From assembly GCA_965116875.1 (NCBI GenBank), contig OZ220733.1, forward strand, positions 1,312,001-1,376,000: a stretch of 64,000 nucleotides of DNA. Reading direction: 5' to 3'. Positions 61,106-64,000 of this stretch are shown here, piece by piece. Each line of letters starts with the position of its first letter. The first letter of the stretch is position 1. This stretch comes from Candidatus Latescibacterota bacterium (GTDB lineage Bacteria > Latescibacterota > UBA2968 > GCA-2709665). A program made the position numbers and the translations under genes. The notes below the pieces were generated by a model that was not told the origin of the DNA, made no database searches, and saw nothing but the letters and a program-made list of their open reading frames with translations.

Positions 61106-61588
61106 TCACTGCTGTGGGTTCGCGCCCTGTTGCCAGTCGACAATCTCGTAGACCCCTGAATTGTTCATATTCTCCCGCGTCTCCACCCGGTAGACCCAGC
61201 AACGCCCGTCCGTCTTCTCGCGTATCATCCGATCGGCCCAGTCGAACACGAATTTGGAGGAAGCCTCCATTCCGACGTTGGGTATCACGCGCAAGTCTAC
61301 GATCCCCCTGCGGTGCATCTCCTCGAACAGTTCCCGCTCGGGGTCGTTTTCGTTAATCAGCATCGTGTGGTCGAACATGTGTTCCAGCCACGCTTTCAGG
61401 TCCTTGAGCCTCCCGAAATCCACGACAAAGTGATTCTCATCCAGCTCGTCGCAGGTAAAATGGAACGTAATGTCCCGGTTGTAACCGTGGATAAACCGAC
61501 AGTGCCCGTCGTGATGCGCCTGTCGGTGCGAACACGGTAGATTGTGAAATGTCTTGGTGGACGAAAACCGTCCTTTTCCTCTGGTCAT
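61106..61588 (-). CDS. queD: 6-carboxytetrahydropterin synthase / PTPS family
   Basis: CSHR...CRFIHGY, VVDFG, FDHT, VETRE. Confidence 0.85.
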   Translation of the reverse strand: MTRGKGRFSSTKTFHNLPCSHRQAHHDGHCRFIHGYNRDITFHFTCDELDENHFVVDFGRLKDLKAWLEHMFDHTMLINENDPERELFEEMHRRGIVDLRVIPNVGMEASSKFVFDWADRMIREKTDGRCWVYRVETRENMNNSGVYEIVDWQQGANPQQ

Positions 61589-61697
61589 AGTGCTCGTCTC
61601 TCTTCACAGTCGATCGCTGACGAATCTCTTAGAAAATACGCAATCCACCTTCTCTGTCAAGGTTTCGGCAATGGAAGGACACACAAGGAGCGCGACG

Positions 61698-62537
61698 ATG
61701 ATCATCGACACCCACACCCATTTCTACGATCCCTACCGTCCGGAAGGGGTACCCTGGCCGCCGCGCGACGACGCCCTGCTATACCGGCGTGTGCTGCCTG
61801 AAGACTACAAAGCCGTGGCCGTTCCCGAGGGCGTAACCGGCACCGTGGTCGTGGAAGCCAGTGAATGGGTAGAAGACAACGGCTGGATCCTCGATCTGGC
61901 CGCAACTGAGCCCTTCATCGTCGGTTTCGTGGGTAATCTCGACCCGGAATCGGACGACTTTGAGAATCGACTTGCAAGTCTGTCAGGGAATCCCCTCTTC
62001 CGCGGCATCCGCCTTCACAGGAACGAAGTTCAAACCGTCAGCGACTCGCTGTTTTCCAGACTCGAGCTGCTTGCACGGGCCGACCTGTCGCTGGACCTTC
62101 TCATCGACGTCGAGCAGCTTCACTCCGCCGTCCGCATTGCCGACGGGCTGCCGGACTTGCGCATCGTGCTCAACCACGTAATCCATGTACCTATTGACGG
62201 CAAGGCGCCGGACCCCGATTGGATCGACGGCCTGCACAATGTCTCACGGTACCCGAACATCTACTGCAAGGTGTCCGCCCTTGTCGAAACCGCCCGGGAC
62301 AGACCCGCGCCGCCCGAATTGATCTACTACGCGCCAACCCTGGACCACCTCTGGGAAATACTCGGCGTGGACCGGCTCATCTACGCCAGCAACTGGCCCG
62401 TGTGCGAACACGGCGCAGACTACGCGACGGTGCAACGCATCCCCATGGAGTACTTCAAAGCCATTGGAGACGAAGCGGTCGAGAAGGTTTTCTGGAGAAA
62501 CGCGAAAGCGGCCTACAAGTGGCCCGACCGGAAGTGA
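61698..62537 (+). CDS. amidohydrolase_2 family (sugar lactonase-like)
   Basis: IIDTHTHF, VLNH, CKVS, ASNWPV; AGGAG RBS. Confidence 0.85.
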   Translation: MIIDTHTHFYDPYRPEGVPWPPRDDALLYRRVLPEDYKAVAVPEGVTGTVVVEASEWVEDNGWILDLAATEPFIVGFVGNLDPESDDFENRLASLSGNPLFRGIRLHRNEVQTVSDSLFSRLELLARADLSLDLLIDVEQLHSAVRIADGLPDLRIVLNHVIHVPIDGKAPDPDWIDGLHNVSRYPNIYCKVSALVETARDRPAPPELIYYAPTLDHLWEILGVDRLIYASNWPVCEHGADYATVQRIPMEYFKAIGDEAVEKVFWRNAKAAYKWPDRK

Positions 62538-62634
62538 CGGCAATCGGCAGGCGATGGGAGGCCCCCGCCGGGACCGGCCGGATGCAAGGCCGTTGTCCGG
62601 GCGCCATTCCGATTCCGCCGGGCGCGGTCGGCGG

Positions 62635-62991
62635 CTATCCACGCCGGGCAAGCATGGGCCCAAGCGGCCGGCCGCCAAGCAGATGCATATGCAGGTGGTA
62701 CACCTCCTGGCCGCCGTGGTCTCTGCAGTTCACGATCAACCTGTACCCGTCCTCGGAAAGTCCTTCCTCTTCCGCGAGCCGCGCAGCCACGCTGAACAAC
62801 CGGCCGAGCGCGGCCTCGTCCTCGCGTGACACATCACTGACGGTGGGAATCACCTTATTGGGTACGATCAGAATGTGAGTCGGCGCCTGTGGGTTGATAT
62901 CTCGAAACGCGGTGACCCATTCATCCTGGTAGGTGATTTCCGAAGGGATCTCCTTTCGGATTATCTTGCTGAAGATTGTCTCTTCCGCCAT
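62635..62991 (-). CDS. hinT: histidine triad nucleotide-binding protein
   Basis: [32 protein letters not shown]. Confidence 0.93.
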   Translation of the reverse strand: MAEETIFSKIIRKEIPSEITYQDEWVTAFRDINPQAPTHILIVPNKVIPTVSDVSREDEAALGRLFSVAARLAEEEGLSEDGYRLIVNCRDHGGQEVYHLHMHLLGGRPLGPMLARRG

Positions 62992-63101
62992 GAATTCTCC
63001 TTTCGGTGATTGCTCCATTTTGCTATCTTTCCTGCCAATTAGACATCCCGTCAATCGCAAATAAAGCAAGTCCCGACTCCCGTTCGAAAGTCAGGCGGAA
63101 C

Positions 63102-63365
63102 ATGCTTTCTGCCATCGACCGCATTCTGGCCGGTTCGGCAATCGTCCTGCTGCGGATCTACCGTGTGATTGTCTCTCCTGTTCTCCAGGTCGTTTTCGGC
63201 CCTGGCAGCGGGTGCCGGTTTCATCCCACGTGCGCCAGGTACGCCCGCGATTGCTTTCGACAGCACCGCTTTCCGTTCGCGCTCTACCTGTCGGTCTCGC
63301 GAATTCTCAGATGCCATCCCTACCATCCCGGCGGGATTGATCCCGTCCCGCCGCAAAGTCGATAG
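63102..63365 (+). CDS. yidD: membrane protein insertion efficiency factor
   Basis: CRFHPTCARY, RILRCHPYHPGGIDPVP. Confidence 0.9.
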   Translation: MLSAIDRILAGSAIVLLRIYRVIVSPVLQVVFGPGSGCRFHPTCARYARDCFRQHRFPFALYLSVSRILRCHPYHPGGIDPVPPQSR

Positions 63366-63376
63366 TGCAGACCTCC

Positions 63377-64000
63377 ATGTTCGGAATCGCCCAGATACTC
63401 TGGAGCGCCGACCCCGAGATCTTCCGCATCGGTCCGGTCGTCCTGCGGTGGTACAGTCTGTGCTTTCTGGTTACTTTCGTCCTCGGCTACTTCATGATGC
63501 GCCGGATGTTCCGGTTCGAGGGAAAATCCGCGAAGGACCTCGACAGCCTGGTCAACCATATGGTTCTCGGGACCCTCATCGGCGCGCGTCTGGGACATTG
63601 TCTGTTCTACGATCCCGCATTCTACCTGTCAAATCCGGTTGAGATCTTCAAAATCTGGCGAGGCGGCCTTGCGAGCCACGGCGCAGCCATCGGCATTTTT
63701 GTCGCGCTCTATCTGTACGCACGAAACCGGACGGATCAGTCCTACCTCTGGATCCTCGACCGCATTGTCATTACGGTTGCCCTTGGCGGATTCTTCATCC
63801 GGATTGGAAACTTCTTCAATTCCGAGATTTACGGCACCCCGACCGGTCTGCCCTGGGCGATCGTCTTTTCGCACGTGGATGCCGTGTCAAGACATCCGGT
63901 GCAACTCTATGAGTCCCTCGCCTACGGACTGATCTTCCTCATCCTCTATACCGCCTGGTCAAGAAAGCGCAACGGGACGCCGTCGGGATTGCTTCTCGGC
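63377..64000 (+). CDS. lgt: prolipoprotein diacylglyceryl transferase (runs off the right edge)
   Basis: Hand translation: LRWY, IGARLGH, WRGGLASHG, RIGNFFNSE, RHPVQLYE. Confidence 0.92.
   Translation, partial: MFGIAQILWSADPEIFRIGPVVLRWYSLCFLVTFVLGYFMMRRMFRFEGKSAKDLDSLVNHMVLGTLIGARLGHCLFYDPAFYLSNPVEIFKIWRGGLASHGAAIGIFVALYLYARNRTDQSYLWILDRIVITVALGGFFIRIGNFFNSEIYGTPTGLPWAIVFSHVDAVSRHPVQLYESLAYGLIFLILYTAWSRKRNGTPSGLLLG

Noticed and set aside
61106-61588. queD as part of a 7-deazaguanine DNA modification (dpd) system
   Set aside because: No queC, queE, folE or dpdA nearby; the context is housekeeping
1-64000. CRISPR array, tRNA or rRNA genes
   Set aside because: No regularly spaced identical repeats with unique spacers, no cas genes, and no tRNA/rRNA signatures recognised by eye; the repeat clusters are irregular palindromes

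Overview
GC-rich bacterial window, probably from an FCB-group lineage such as Latescibacterota or Gemmatimonadota. This is inferred from secreted proteins with paired EF-hand/dockerin-like modules, a YPNxPNPFNP/FlgD-type C-terminal domain, a probable GWxTD protein, and ankyrin and MORN repeat proteins. Layout: (1) 1-13.8 kb, catabolic and secreted enzymes (alpha/beta hydrolase, two Gfo/Idh/MocA oxidoreductases, a nitrilase-family enzyme, a beta-propeller protein, a class III aminotransferase, a TPP E1 alpha/beta pair, a GH113-like protein). (2) About 16.1-29.1 kb, a more AT-rich and apparently decaying defence island: IS3 remnant, PhoD-like phosphoesterase, Type ISP-like restriction enzyme whose methyltransferase motif IV is missing, two paralogous membrane proteins directly after it, a pentapeptide-FRG fusion, a HEPN-like gene with a nonsense codon, and an orphan antitoxin. 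(3) NhaC, helicase IV, sialidase-like, ankyrin and Uma2 genes, plus a nucleotidyltransferase-UvrA-GNAT-MacB-MacB run in which both permeases appear to start at ATT/ATC. (4) A 5'-nucleotidase, then a CxxC/RAPP leader peptide (DUF2946/CruR/CutF-like) ahead of an HEGHVD-repeat lipoprotein and a frameshifted TonB-dependent receptor. (5) Two SDRs, TauD, QueD, amidohydrolase, HIT, YidD and Lgt. Intergenic DNA carries several palindromic repeat/MITE families, including IS1380-like and IS5-like MITEs with target duplications. No CRISPR array, tRNA or rRNA was seen. All family assignments are from motif recognition by eye; no searches were run.
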